From a virus: a stretch of DNA of 64,000 bases. The stretch covers positions 64,001 through 128,000 of the IMG/VR virus record IMGVR_UViG_3300022213_000237; one strand, 5' to 3'. Each line of letters opens with the position of its first letter. Positions within the stretch are counted from its first letter, which is position 1. Positions 1-9,613 of the stretch are shown piece after piece. The notes under the pieces were generated by a model. That model ran no database searches, was not told the origin of the DNA, and worked only from the letters and a program-made list of their open reading frames with translations. The translations under genes and the position numbers were made by a program.

Positions 1-94
1 CGTATCGCTGTGAGTCGTGGAGCAGCTCCGCGAATCTTCTGGCCGCCTGTACCTTGTTATCGAATTTCACCATGTTCTCTATTAGCTGGTGGAT

Positions 95-313
95 CTAGTA
101 ATAGTCGTAAGGGTCGCGAATATACTCTTCGGCCAGGTCTCGAGCGAATTGTTTGGGTTCCACGTCTTCAGGGCAGTGTCCAAATTCAAAGCATTCGTAG
201 CCCGAGTCATCGTCTTCAGGATGAAACTCGATTCTGTGACCACAACAGCCGGTGTCGCAGCCGTAATAGGAATGGTAGACCAAGATTTTCATGAGTTGGA
301 TCCCCTTTTGCAT
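95..313 (-). CDS. Hypothetical phage protein
   Basis: ORF in a co-oriented overlapping gene array; YGCDTGCCGH motif. Confidence 0.55.
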   Translation of the reverse strand: MQKGIQLMKILVYHSYYGCDTGCCGHRIEFHPEDDDSGYECFEFGHCPEDVEPKQFARDLAEEYIRDPYDYY

Positions 314-537
314 TCATCGCAAGGGGCGTAACCGCTGCAATAGCACGTACGTAAATCGCTAAAATGACTGTGTGGCGCATTGCCACTGTTCTTGCACTTG
401 TTACAAAACGGAAGCCGCACGTATTCTTTCCAAAACTCTGCTGAATGTTCAGTACAGTAAATAGGCCCGTCGCCTGGCGGGACCATGTAGACGAGGTGTT
501 TGCAGACCTCGCAGCGGTTCTGTCCCGAATTCCTCAC
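289..537 (-). CDS. Small Cys-rich (Zn-finger-like) protein
   Basis: Several CxxC pairs. Confidence 0.5.
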   Translation of the reverse strand: MRNSGQNRCEVCKHLVYMVPPGDGPIYCTEHSAEFWKEYVRLPFCNKCKNSGNAPHSHFSDLRTCYCSGYAPCDECKRGSNS

Positions 538-813
538 TCACTTGCCTTCAAACTTTTTCTTGCAGTAGAGGGATTGTTCGATTTTGAGCTTAAGCCACTC
601 GTCGCGTAATCTATGGGTTTCGTTCTCGAGCCTGTCGAACTCGGGGTCGGGGGATTCGATTGTAGGGTACATACGCGACTCCATGCCACGCATTGCTTCC
701 CACCATACGAGATCGGCTGCGTATCGTTTCGCTCTTTCAAGCAACTGTTCTTTAGTTAATAGTTTCATGTTCTTAGCCTTTGAGCACGATTTCAAATTCG
801 GTGGTCTGTTCAT
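538..813 (-). CDS. Hypothetical phage protein
   Basis: ORF abutting neighbours on the same strand. Confidence 0.5.
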   Translation of the reverse strand: MNRPPNLKSCSKAKNMKLLTKEQLLERAKRYAADLVWWEAMRGMESRMYPTIESPDPEFDRLENETHRLRDEWLKLKIEQSLYCKKKFEGK

Positions 814-1970
814 CTACGCGAGGCGCACACGGGCCATAGATACGTCGATAGTCATTTTGCAATTACGGCCTTCGCCTACTTTTGAGACCGAGAGCAGGTT
901 CATTTTCCTAAGCCGGGTCAGATATTTAGACACTACCGACTGAGGACGTCCCAACTGTTTAGCGAGAGCACGCGTCGATATCTGTACCGTCTTACCGGGG
1001 CCGGTGGCGTTTGCTAGGTGTGTAAGTGTCGTGTTCAGGCCGAGTTTCAGGTCCAGGTCTCGAACGTCTTCAAGCTCGGGGAATGGGTTTGTATCTTTGT
1101 CTGTCATAAACCTCCTTTTGGGGGTGTTGGTCTGAAATCCAAAGTAAGAAAAAATTTGATTGTCTTCTTTTAAAATTTTTAATTTTTCGCCTTCGAACGC
1201 CGCTTTGCAAGCTTTAAGCACTTTTTTGAAAATGGGTTTGGCTTCAGTTTTTGCTTTGCTTGCTGATGACAACCCGTTGATGTAGTTATGGAGCGCCAAT
1301 TCCGGGGAATTTTCTGAAAGGTTTGCTCCCGAACTAGCCTTACGAATCAACACCTGAACTCTAGCGGGATTTTGAGAATAGGCAACCGCGAGAGCGGCCT
1401 GTACAGGTGCACGCGACCATCCGGATCCGCTACAGTTTTGAATTACAAAGTCGATTCCATCGCAGTATTTCTCACGTACTTTTTCTTGCTCCAAATACTC
1501 GACCACTCCTACATGGCTCCCTGGGTTGGTGGCTATGAGAATACATCGGGTAATAGCAGCTTGTTTTGATGGAGCAACTAAGCCAGGATTTTTAATGGCC
1601 ATACGTTGTGACGTGCTTCGAGACTGGCCAGAATCAATTACATCGATGGCGTCAGGAACGGCGTTAAAAAGAACCGGCATGCGAACGGCAACTCCGGATT
1701 CTACTATCGCCATTAGCCGGTGTTGGCCATCTTCCAGAAGCCCGGAAGAACTGAACGTAACCCCTTGGCCCGTAGTTAAGAAGCCTCCGGTTTCCATTTT
1801 TTTCGATATAGCGCAACCCGATCGGGTTGAATCCGGCGATTTCTGGTGTTTCGCAGCAGCCAGGATTCAGCTATATCTGGTGTTACTAAAACTAAATGAG
1901 ACTGAAGCTCCTTGGTTTTGAAGACTTCATATGTCCACTTCTGGTACTCTTCTCTTATGACAGATTGCAT
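814..1970 (-). CDS. ParB/DGQHR-motif protein with C-terminal winged HTH, interrupted by a -1 frameshift at an A7 run (1797-1803)
   Basis: Upstream ORF VTPDIAESWLLRNTRNRRI..RVALYRKK joins downstream METGGF..LLEDGQHRLMAIVESG to give the usual ParB-like N-domain; C-terminal STRALAKQLGRPQSVVSKYLTRL HTH. Confidence 0.75.
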
Positions 1971-1998
1971 TGATTTTCCTTTTAAGGGGTTTCTTGTA

Positions 1999-2319
1999 TT
2001 AATCGGCTTGATCTCTAGTCGTGTCAACCACCGGATACAAGAAATCCAAAACCCTCTCCGTATCGAAGGTGCTTAGTCCCGGCTTAGGACGTAGACTGCA
2101 GCTCACGGTATTGCCTTCAATTTTCACATCCACATCGAGCAAGCTCAACACGTCGTTGCCGTATTGAAAAATAGAATCATATAGAATCTGCTTAATGACA
2201 GCCTTTATAGTATCAGCAAATACAGTACTAACCTTCTGACCTACAAAACGCTCCCGTAAATGCTCGTTGAATCGAGCCTCTAGTTCCTTCTTAAGAAAAT
2301 CCGTTTCTTTACGCGTCAT
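1999..2319 (-). CDS. Hypothetical phage protein
   Basis: ORF in coupled array. Confidence 0.6.
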   Translation of the reverse strand: MTRKETDFLKKELEARFNEHLRERFVGQKVSTVFADTIKAVIKQILYDSIFQYGNDVLSLLDVDVKIEGNTVSCSLRPKPGLSTFDTERVLDFLYPVVDTTRDQAD

Positions 2320-2549
2320 GACACATCATCCTCAATCTCTTTAACTAGAGTCCGATTCTGAACCACATCATCAAGAGCCTCTTCAGGCCCCATGGGGTGG
2401 TATCCGCTTTCTACCTCGTCAAGCATCGATTGCAAATATTCCTCGGCGCGGTCATCACACTGGCCATCGTCCCACGATGCGGGCATTGAGAGGATGACAT
2501 ACTCATTCGCCACCCACACCATACGAAATTTACGGTTTTCTAGGTTCAT
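2316..2549 (-). CDS. Hypothetical acidic protein
   Basis: ORF with 4-nt overlaps to neighbours. Confidence 0.6.
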   Translation of the reverse strand: MNLENRKFRMVWVANEYVILSMPASWDDGQCDDRAEEYLQSMLDEVESGYHPMGPEEALDDVVQNRTLVKEIEDDVS

Positions 2550-2767
2550 AACATTTCGTTGATTTTGCTACCAATTTCGCGTATCATCATAATCACAGCC
2601 GCCGACCCCACAATACACGATAACCCAAGAAAGAACGCGATGTAGGGTTCGGACTCTCCAAGTAGTAACCCCACGGCCACACCTATTCGGTAAACTATGA
2701 ATGCGGTTGCGAAGGCCAGAAACAATGCGAGCACACCTAGACTGAAATCTTCTACAAAGTCTTTCAT
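2546..2767 (-). CDS. Small membrane protein (2 TM)
   Basis: Two hydrophobic segments; ATGA-type overlaps. Confidence 0.6.
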   Translation of the reverse strand: MKDFVEDFSLGVLALFLAFATAFIVYRIGVAVGLLLGESEPYIAFFLGLSCIVGSAAVIMMIREIGSKINEML

Positions 2768-2952
2768 TGCTCTGGTCCTATTTCGTCTACTTGGGTAACG
2801 ACCCAGTCGGAAGCCTGTGAGCGCGCCGCCTCAGCCATTGCCTCTTGCTCTTCCTTCCGCGTGAGGTCAGTGGGGTCAGAATCCTCGTCGTGCTCGACCA
2901 CGATTTCTACTTCTCTAATGGCTGTAAGTTCTACGCGTACACGTGTTTTCAT
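2764..2952 (-). CDS. Hypothetical acidic protein
   Basis: Likely start MKTRVRVEL at 2952, overlapping the upstream stop. Confidence 0.55.
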   Translation of the reverse strand: MKTRVRVELTAIREVEIVVEHDEDSDPTDLTRKEEQEAMAEAARSQASDWVVTQVDEIGPEQ

Positions 2953-3215
2953 TCTAAATCCCTTTGCAATACCAGCGAGGGTGCAAGCACCGCCTTGGCT
3001 TCTAGCACATAAAAGGATTGGCCTGAAAGTTCGGCGCATTTGGTGGCGCTAGCAACCGCATCTTGAAAAGAAGTATATTTTCTGACGGGAGGGCTATGAG
3101 AGTCAGGATTCCAGAGGATCCAGAACTTCTTGTCTTTGGACTCACGTCCCTCTTCTTCCGGCCACTTCTGACCGGGAAAGTCGTTGCCTAGAATATCGTC
3201 GTAGTAATTGCTCAT
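2949..3215 (-). CDS. Hypothetical phage protein
   Basis: Likely start MSNYYDD after a purine-rich RBS. Confidence 0.55.
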   Translation of the reverse strand: MSNYYDDILGNDFPGQKWPEEEGRESKDKKFWILWNPDSHSPPVRKYTSFQDAVASATKCAELSGQSFYVLEAKAVLAPSLVLQRDLE

Positions 3216-3388
3216 TTCTTTCTCTTTAGGGTTAGTTGTTATTAAGTGAGTATCTTCGCCAACCCGCGAATAAACATAAAAATAATGAATGTTACTGTAA
3301 AGGCTCTGGCGTAGAAGAGAAATAGCTCCCACCATGAGAACTCAATCACTTCTCCTTCATCGGTTCTCATTTTAACCTTCTTCATAAT

Positions 3389-3772
3389 TCATTTCTTTCC
3401 TTTGGCCTTATCGCTGTATCTCAACATCGACATCAAACTGGAGAGGTGGGCATGATTCCCAGTAAGGTTACCCTCCTTCTCTATACGCGCTGCCGCCTGC
3501 GTCGGCGTCATGTTCCACTCGGTGCGCGCAATGTCCTTAATCATTTGCTGTACCTGCTTCTTAGTAAGGTGCACGATTTTTGGTTGTGGCGATGGCGTAG
3601 GAGGGTCAAGCATTTCGCCGATTTCGTCTTGGATCAAGGCTAGATCGATAGCCAGGGAGTTAAGGGAATCAATCTTTTCTCTTAAAGCGCCGCGAATAGA
3701 TTTGAGGTCTGCACCCAAGTTGTACAGGGTCCGGCGTTTGAGCGTTACCACTTTTTCTGTGTATTTTTTCAT
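3389..3772 (-). CDS. Hypothetical coiled-coil protein
   Basis: ORF with ATGA overlap. Confidence 0.6.
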   Translation of the reverse strand: MKKYTEKVVTLKRRTLYNLGADLKSIRGALREKIDSLNSLAIDLALIQDEIGEMLDPPTPSPQPKIVHLTKKQVQQMIKDIARTEWNMTPTQAAARIEKEGNLTGNHAHLSSLMSMLRYSDKAKGKK

Positions 3773-4212
3773 TTGTCTTCCGGGTCAGGTGCAGTGTGCT
3801 TGTCGAGTAGCGCCATCAGCTGGTCGGAGGAGGACAGGAACTCCAGGTGAAAGAACTCGTCTTTTTCCGTGAAGGAGTTGCGAATCTCCTCAATCTTCTT
3901 GATGAGGCGCCACTTGCGGTTGTCGGCTTTGATGCGGATGGTATCGATCCGGATGCTCTTGGTGACTTCAGCGGTCACAGGCTCCAAAAACGACAGGCTC
4001 CACCCGCTGCCTTTTTTGCCCCAGTTCCATTCCGTGGAGTCTGGGCACAAGGTGACGATTTTCGCCCTGGTCGGAGTGATTCTCTTCACGGTGTGAATCT
4101 GGTAGCCGTAGTCCCGGCTATGGGGCCCATAACCCAGTTGACGGGTCTTGGCAGCTACTTTGTCGCCTGGCTTCAGGCAGTCAAGAAACTTCTTTCTTTC
4201 AGAGAAATCCAT
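3769..4212 (-). CDS. Hypothetical phage protein
   Basis: Likely start MDFSERKK after GAGG RBS. Confidence 0.6.
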   Translation of the reverse strand: MDFSERKKFLDCLKPGDKVAAKTRQLGYGPHSRDYGYQIHTVKRITPTRAKIVTLCPDSTEWNWGKKGSGWSLSFLEPVTAEVTKSIRIDTIRIKADNRKWRLIKKIEEIRNSFTEKDEFFHLEFLSSSDQLMALLDKHTAPDPEDK

Positions 4213-4219
4213 TATGACC

Positions 4220-4465
4220 TCATTTTGCGAATCTGCACCCAATGCTACAAAACGGGGACCAGCCGTTAAATAGCGGTCGAAACTTGCGTCCACATTCGAT
4301 ACAGACATCGCCGTTGCGCTCCAACCATTCTTCGGCTTCACGGCGATTCCGCTCTTTCGTGTCCTCCAACACCTTAATGGCGGCACCCAGAGCTTCATCG
4401 TGGTCCACGTGGGCACGGGCCAGCTGGACAACCGTCTCCATGAGAGGAATGGTGGCGCGGGGCAT
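4220..4465 (-). CDS. Small protein with C-terminal CxxC..CSxxC Zn finger
   Basis: CIECGRKF..FCSIGC. Confidence 0.55.
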   Translation of the reverse strand: MPRATIPLMETVVQLARAHVDHDEALGAAIKVLEDTKERNRREAEEWLERNGDVCIECGRKFRPLFNGWSPFCSIGCRFAK

Positions 4466-4710
4466 TATTTGCCTTCTAGGCGATTTGAGCAATACTCTGC
4501 GAGTCGTACTTTAGCTTCATAGGCTTTGACGAAGGCCTTGACGATTTCGTTTTCAAGCTCGTTGAATTGTGGATCTGGAGTCGGGTTTTGTTGCAATAAT
4601 TCCTGCTGAATAAGTTTGTATTTCCTGACGTCTGCCTGGCAGTATGAAAGGTCTCCGGCTTGTTTTCTGACGAGCTTCAAAAAATCTTCTTTGCTCATGG
4701 GTTTTGTCAT
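4465..4710 (-). CDS. Hypothetical phage protein
   Basis: ORF in array. Confidence 0.55.
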   Translation of the reverse strand: MTKPMSKEDFLKLVRKQAGDLSYCQADVRKYKLIQQELLQQNPTPDPQFNELENEIVKAFVKAYEAKVRLAEYCSNRLEGK

Positions 4711-4719
4711 GGTCTAATC

Positions 4720-5238
4720 CTATCGTTTTGATCTTGTGGATACACAAGAAGGTGAGTGGCCTGTAGACATCAAGTCCTTCATGTCGCAGCGGCAGGTATC
4801 GGATGCGGAAGGAGCACTCGCGTTTTTGGATTCTTTGTACTCCATGTAACCTTTGTATTTTATAGGATCTACATCGATATCTGGCAGTTGAAATTTCAGA
4901 GTGTCTTGCCAGTGCTTGAGGTTAAAGTTGCTGATACCGCCATAGACAATGCGACTGATTTCGAATGTGACGTACGGTAAGGATCGATTCGTTAGACCCT
5001 CACGGGAAATTACATCAACCAATTTTCGAGCACAACTCATTGGCACGCTCAAAACGCCTTGGTCCGTCTGGAAGACCGCCAATCTCCCCATGCCGTACGT
5101 GTCGGAGAAATACGATACAATTTCTTTTGACTCCAACAACCGGAACCTCAATTTACCGTCCTTGGGGACGGTGATAACTTTTTGTCCTGATTCTCTTTCG
5201 ATTTTGGCGATAAGCTCTTTGTAAGTTGGCAATGTCAT
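4720..5238 (-). CDS. Hypothetical phage protein
   Basis: Likely start MTLPTYKE after GGAG; ends in CRCDMKDLMSTGHSPSC, a motif also ending ORF 5729-5971 (CSCDIKNLLSTGHDDGC). Confidence 0.6.
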   Translation of the reverse strand: MTLPTYKELIAKIERESGQKVITVPKDGKLRFRLLESKEIVSYFSDTYGMGRLAVFQTDQGVLSVPMSCARKLVDVISREGLTNRSLPYVTFEISRIVYGGISNFNLKHWQDTLKFQLPDIDVDPIKYKGYMEYKESKNASAPSASDTCRCDMKDLMSTGHSPSCVSTRSKR

Positions 5239-5501
5239 GATCTCACTCCGGTCGGGGTCCAAGAAGGTTGACACCACGTTTACGCGCGACCGCGTAGATA
5301 ATGTCAATAGCTTTGGTGGCTTTAAAGATCATGCTCACTCCCTTGTTCGCCGTGCGTCTATCGCCCATGTTCGCATACATGGTCGTAATTTTGTCCGCGT
5401 TGGCGAGGAATCCGCGTTGGACCCTGTATTCATCCCACAACTGCTGATTCGTCATGTTCTTGATGAGCATGTTGTCTTTATACTTTATTCGGATCTGGAA
5501 G

Positions 5502-5732
5502 TCAAGGCAGGGTCTGTAATTTTTCCGGCAGCATTTTATAGATGCCGAAACCAAGCGGGACCGCGAGGACGAAGATGGTGGCAACCAAAGAAGCGATGTA
5601 ACCGGTTCCATGTGGGCCGCCACCAAACATTTGATCCGCGAGGATCATTACCGCGTATATTGTCACAATCCCCATAGCAAAGCAGACTGTGACGCGGACA
5701 AAGAATTTGGCCAATTTTAAAAGAGTGTTCAT
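5502..5732 (-). CDS. Small membrane protein (2 TM)
   Basis: Hydrophobic segments; GAGG RBS. Confidence 0.55.
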   Translation of the reverse strand: MNTLLKLAKFFVRVTVCFAMGIVTIYAVMILADQMFGGGPHGTGYIASLVATIFVLAVPLGFGIYKMLPEKLQTLP

Positions 5733-5971
5733 CGCTTCCTCTCGCAACATCCGTCGTCGTGACCTGTCGACAATAAGTTCTTGATATCGCAAGAGCATTT
5801 GGCCGCAAGTGGTTTTAGGTGGTAAGTGTACACCTCAGGCGGAGACAGAATCGTTACCCATTTGATGGATTTGTCCACAATAATAGACCGTTCCCATAGG
5901 TCCTTAAAGGACGCGGGATCAACAGGATCGACGGTGAAGTATTCTGAAAAATGTTTGGTCGAAGTCTTCAT
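5729..5971 (-). CDS. Hypothetical protein with C-terminal CxC..GH..C motif
   Basis: ORF in array. Confidence 0.55.
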   Translation of the reverse strand: MKTSTKHFSEYFTVDPVDPASFKDLWERSIIVDKSIKWVTILSPPEVYTYHLKPLAAKCSCDIKNLLSTGHDDGCCERKR

Positions 5972-5978
5972 GGTTCAC

Positions 5979-6500
5979 TCATTCCGGCTTGATCAGCAAA
6001 TCCGTTCTCATCACATACTTGGAACCGGATACGACGGTAGTGGATTCATGTAGGCGTGCATGTGGGAATATCAGACATCTGCCCGGTTCCGGCCAAACCG
6101 TCATCTTTCGGCCATTGTCGTCATCCTCGTACAAGACGGTTTTTCCGCCTTCAAAGTCGTTGTTCAAGTAAAGTAGGAGAGTGTGCGTGCTCATACCTCC
6201 AGGCGTGCTGCTGGCGCCGTCACGATGCATTTTAAAGTAGTCGTCGACGTCATAGCGGTAGGCCCGCCATACGGGACTGTATGCGTCACAATGGAAACCT
6301 TTAAAATGTAACTGATCAAATACAAATTCGGTTACATGGTGCCAATCGGTTATGATTTGACGCTTAGCTCTCCTAATGTCTCTACCGTACGCCTTACCAA
6401 AAGGCGCGTCTTGAAGTTGTGTGAGTTGATCTACAATCCGATGACAGAGTGATTCGTGAGCAATTTGGTCGATGACTCTAGTCGTGGCGTAAATTGACAT
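5979..6500 (-). CDS. 2OG-Fe(II) oxygenase (prolyl-4-hydroxylase-like)
   Basis: YRY..F.MHRD (HxD), TLLLYLNNDFEGGKT, LIFPHARLHE (distal His), KYVMRTD. Confidence 0.9.
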   Translation of the reverse strand: MSIYATTRVIDQIAHESLCHRIVDQLTQLQDAPFGKAYGRDIRRAKRQIITDWHHVTEFVFDQLHFKGFHCDAYSPVWRAYRYDVDDYFKMHRDGASSTPGGMSTHTLLLYLNNDFEGGKTVLYEDDDNGRKMTVWPEPGRCLIFPHARLHESTTVVSGSKYVMRTDLLIKPE

Positions 6501-6583
6501 GGACACATCCTATCAGTCGGTAAAGCTTTTGACCAGACCCCAACAGGCAGCACCCATTAAGACAAACACTATAAGCTGAGCAA

Positions 6584-7279
6584 TCACGGCTTCACGTTCC
6601 GAACAATAGGGCCTTTGGTCTGCTGTGTGACTCGAATATATCCGGCTCCAATATCTTTAAATCTTAGCCATTCTCTATCTACCATAGCCATGTTGTAAGA
6701 ATGATCGATATGGACAGGTCTCTTGGCGTACAGGTGATAGCTGTTGTTGGTTTTGAGGAAATTAAAATCCTCGAGAGCCGCTTTCGGAATCTCGGTAAGA
6801 AATGGATGGCCATCGTAGAATTGGAGTTCGCGTTGCCCCACCACTCCGTTGCTCCAGCCAATAAGAATGGTGGCGTTCACACCAAGCTCCTGGTCAGGAC
6901 TTAGGCACGCGGCTCTCGCCTTTAAGATTTGGGGCACAAGCTCTACGTCGCCAATATTACGCAAATATATTGGTTCTAATACTTCGTTACGAAAGTCGTA
7001 GCGCGATTTGGCGCCGGGAACATAAGCCGATACCGGTACAATGATCCAGGCGGGTTTAACGGTGTGTGGATTGAGACCATTGTCGATGGGCGTTCCAAAA
7101 ACATCTAGCAACATGCGTTGAATTTCTGTCACAGAGTCTTTTGAGAGGATTTCCATATTCTTTTCCATTTTGTTAGCTGCGTGTACGAATTTTTCAACTG
7201 CGGCTAAATGTTCTGGAGAATTAACTTCTTCGAGTTTTTGTTCCCAGAAATTAGGGCTTACGCTATTGATGAATTTCAT
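6584..7279 (-). CDS. Hypothetical phage protein
   Basis: 231-aa ORF. Confidence 0.7.
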   Translation of the reverse strand: MKFINSVSPNFWEQKLEEVNSPEHLAAVEKFVHAANKMEKNMEILSKDSVTEIQRMLLDVFGTPIDNGLNPHTVKPAWIIVPVSAYVPGAKSRYDFRNEVLEPIYLRNIGDVELVPQILKARAACLSPDQELGVNATILIGWSNGVVGQRELQFYDGHPFLTEIPKAALEDFNFLKTNNSYHLYAKRPVHIDHSYNMAMVDREWLRFKDIGAGYIRVTQQTKGPIVRNVKP

Positions 7280-7294
7280 TTTTATGTCGTTTGT

Positions 7295-7561
7295 TTATAC
7301 GCAATAACAATGAGTTGGAGTACATTTATGAACTACACACAGAGACATTTTGGTGCAAACCTTCTGGTTTTCGCCTGGATCCATAAATCCAGTACATTCA
7401 CTTTCTGTCAGAACCGGTGGCCACAAAGGGGGTGTTTCGTGTGGATCAGGAATCTTTTTAGGCTCCGGCTGTTTGTATGCGTCCTTCGGGAGGCAACCAT
7501 TACAGTAGGGAACGTTTTTGTACTTAACGAGTGCCTGAGCGCTGCAGACGTAGCATCTCAT
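7295..7561 (-). CDS. Small Cys-rich protein
   Basis: CYVC..CNGC and further Cys/His. Confidence 0.5.
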   Translation of the reverse strand: MRCYVCSAQALVKYKNVPYCNGCLPKDAYKQPEPKKIPDPHETPPLWPPVLTESECTGFMDPGENQKVCTKMSLCVVHKCTPTHCYCV

Positions 7562-7566
7562 GAAGC

Positions 7567-7722
7567 CTACTCTCGAGTGGCTAGGTCAATGAATTGATGG
7601 ATAACAAAACCAAAGAGGAGAGCGGTCCCCGTTTGTATGGAGTACATGCCCGTAATCTCAGCAACGAGGTTGAGGCCGATAAAAGCAAGGCTGGCAATAA
7701 ATTTTGCGGTTGAGCGTTTCAT
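7567..7722 (-). CDS. 51-aa membrane protein (not in ORF track)
   Basis: MKRSTAKFIASLAFIGLNLVAEITG..; preceded by TACAGT-6nt-ATG. Confidence 0.55.
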   Translation of the reverse strand: MKRSTAKFIASLAFIGLNLVAEITGMYSIQTGTALLFGFVIHQFIDLATRE

Positions 7723-7743
7723 GTCTTGACTGTAGCCACGAGA

Positions 7744-8934
7744 TCATTCTTCAAAAAACTTAGCGATGTCGAAGCGGGGCTCTTCGGAGGCGCTAAACCC
7801 TAAAGCCTTCTTCTTCGGCGAACCCTTCCATCCGGCATGGCGGGCATACTGATAGACGTCCGCGAGTGTGGCCCCACCTTGATTGATTTGTCCCGGGATG
7901 CCATTGCTACCGAGAACTGTCGTAGGTTGTGCTTTCGGTTGGCCAATAAGCTTCAGATAGAGCTTGGTCCCAGCCTCTGACGATAGATTGCCGATATGGA
8001 TTTTACGCGAGAGCCGCCCAGGTCGTACCACAGCGGGGTCAAGCTCTTCGTTCTTCAAGTTAGTGGTGCAAACCAACCTGATATCCAGGGCGGAGCCAAT
8101 AATACCATCACCAAGATTGAGTAGAGCCGATACGGCGTTGACGTTGCTGGCGTCGCGGGAACCAAGACAATCGTCGGCGTCCTCGACTAAGAACACGGTC
8201 GGAGCATTCGCGTCATGGCGACCCGCACGCGTATTCAGCAGCGCGCTCACCATACTTGGATCCGAAAGATGAGGTACGAGCCCCACGGGCACGAGAACGA
8301 ACAGGGCGTTGGGGCAAGCATCGATTAGACCGCGCACCATGTAGGTTTTACCCGTACCTGGAGGTCCGTCGAAGATGGCCAATCTACCCGATGGAGCATC
8401 GCTATTGAGGTCGGAGACGACGGCGTCAAAGTCGCTAACCACCTCTTCAGAGTAGTTATCACGCTCGAGTGGGACCGCCGTACGGCCAATGGATTGGAGC
8501 TTGATTCCGTCCTGGGTCGAAATCAATACGTACGCCCTACCGGACGAAACCTTTGGCCCCACGACTTCGTCGAAGAGGGCGAGAAGTTTCGTCTCCATTT
8601 CGGTAGAAGTAGTACACGCATCGAGGCAGACATCTCCGTCGCCATCCCAGCGAATACTTACCGCCGCGTCGTCTCTAACATAAAAAGAGAATACGCTTTC
8701 TTCTTCGGCGGCGGCAACAGAATCGCGCTTTACACATCTAAAGCCTTCTGCCCCTAACCGGCTTACGACTTCTTGAAACTCTATGCGGGCTGTTCCGTCC
8801 TTAGTCATCTCAATAAGAGGAGGTCCGCCCGCGAGAGCGTCTTCAGCCATGGAATAAATCGCCCAAAAAAGACTTGGGCCCGAGTAGTTCCAGAATTCTT
8901 TACGACCGTGCCACCAAGGTAGAGGATTTTGCAT
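7744..8934 (-). CDS. AAA+ ATPase
   Basis: Walker A GPPGTGKT, Walker B FLVEDAD, sensor TTN, arginine finger DPAVVRPGR. Confidence 0.92.
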   Translation of the reverse strand: MQNPLPWWHGRKEFWNYSGPSLFWAIYSMAEDALAGGPPLIEMTKDGTARIEFQEVVSRLGAEGFRCVKRDSVAAAEEESVFSFYVRDDAAVSIRWDGDGDVCLDACTTSTEMETKLLALFDEVVGPKVSSGRAYVLISTQDGIKLQSIGRTAVPLERDNYSEEVVSDFDAVVSDLNSDAPSGRLAIFDGPPGTGKTYMVRGLIDACPNALFVLVPVGLVPHLSDPSMVSALLNTRAGRHDANAPTVFLVEDADDCLGSRDASNVNAVSALLNLGDGIIGSALDIRLVCTTNLKNEELDPAVVRPGRLSRKIHIGNLSSEAGTKLYLKLIGQPKAQPTTVLGSNGIPGQINQGGATLADVYQYARHAGWKGSPKKKALGFSASEEPRFDIAKFFEE

Positions 8935-8957
8935 TACTACCCATCTACCGGGTAGAT

Positions 8958-9290
8958 CTACTTGCCGTCGATAAAGTCTTCTAGTTTTACTTTTGACAAC
9001 GCGCCCACCGAAATTCTATCCGATTTCCCCGCCTCTATGGAGATAAGCGTCGGCACGGAACGAATACCGTATTGGGCCGTAACTTCTTGGGCCTCATCGA
9101 CATCGACCTTAATGACGACGACATCCGCACGGGCCTGTGCCACCGACTCTAACACTGGATTCAGGGCCCGGCATGGACCACACCAAGTGGCGCCAAAATC
9201 CAATAAAACCTTCTTACCGGAAGCCACAGCTTCGGCAAGCATTGGTTGTAAAGTTTTGTCGTCAGCTTTCTTGGTGTATTCGATTCCCAT
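8958..9290 (-). CDS. trxA: Thioredoxin
   Basis: DFGATWCGPC, KVDVDE, GIRSVPTL. Confidence 0.95.
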   Translation of the reverse strand: MGIEYTKKADDKTLQPMLAEAVASGKKVLLDFGATWCGPCRALNPVLESVAQARADVVVIKVDVDEAQEVTAQYGIRSVPTLISIEAGKSDRISVGALSKVKLEDFIDGK

Positions 9291-9613
9291 GGAGACCCTC
9301 AGATTTGTGGTGTTGACGGAAAGATTCCTACCGAAAGGCGCCTATCTAGCACCCTGAGAGCTGACCTGAGCATAAATAGCTTGATATTCGGCCTTAATTT
9401 TTCAATCGCGGCCAACCTTTTTCGTATTGTCCTCGTGCTTCAGCGTAAGCCGTAATCCCCTGAACACAATAGTCGCGGCTATGTGGAGCACCACGCCTAA
9501 GGGCCTCAATAAGGTTATAAAGAGAGATATTTATTTCCTCTAGTTGGGCTAATAGTCCTTCTTTGCCTGTGCCGTTTAGCGGTTCCATCAACGCACTTAT
9601 AAATTTTGGGTAG

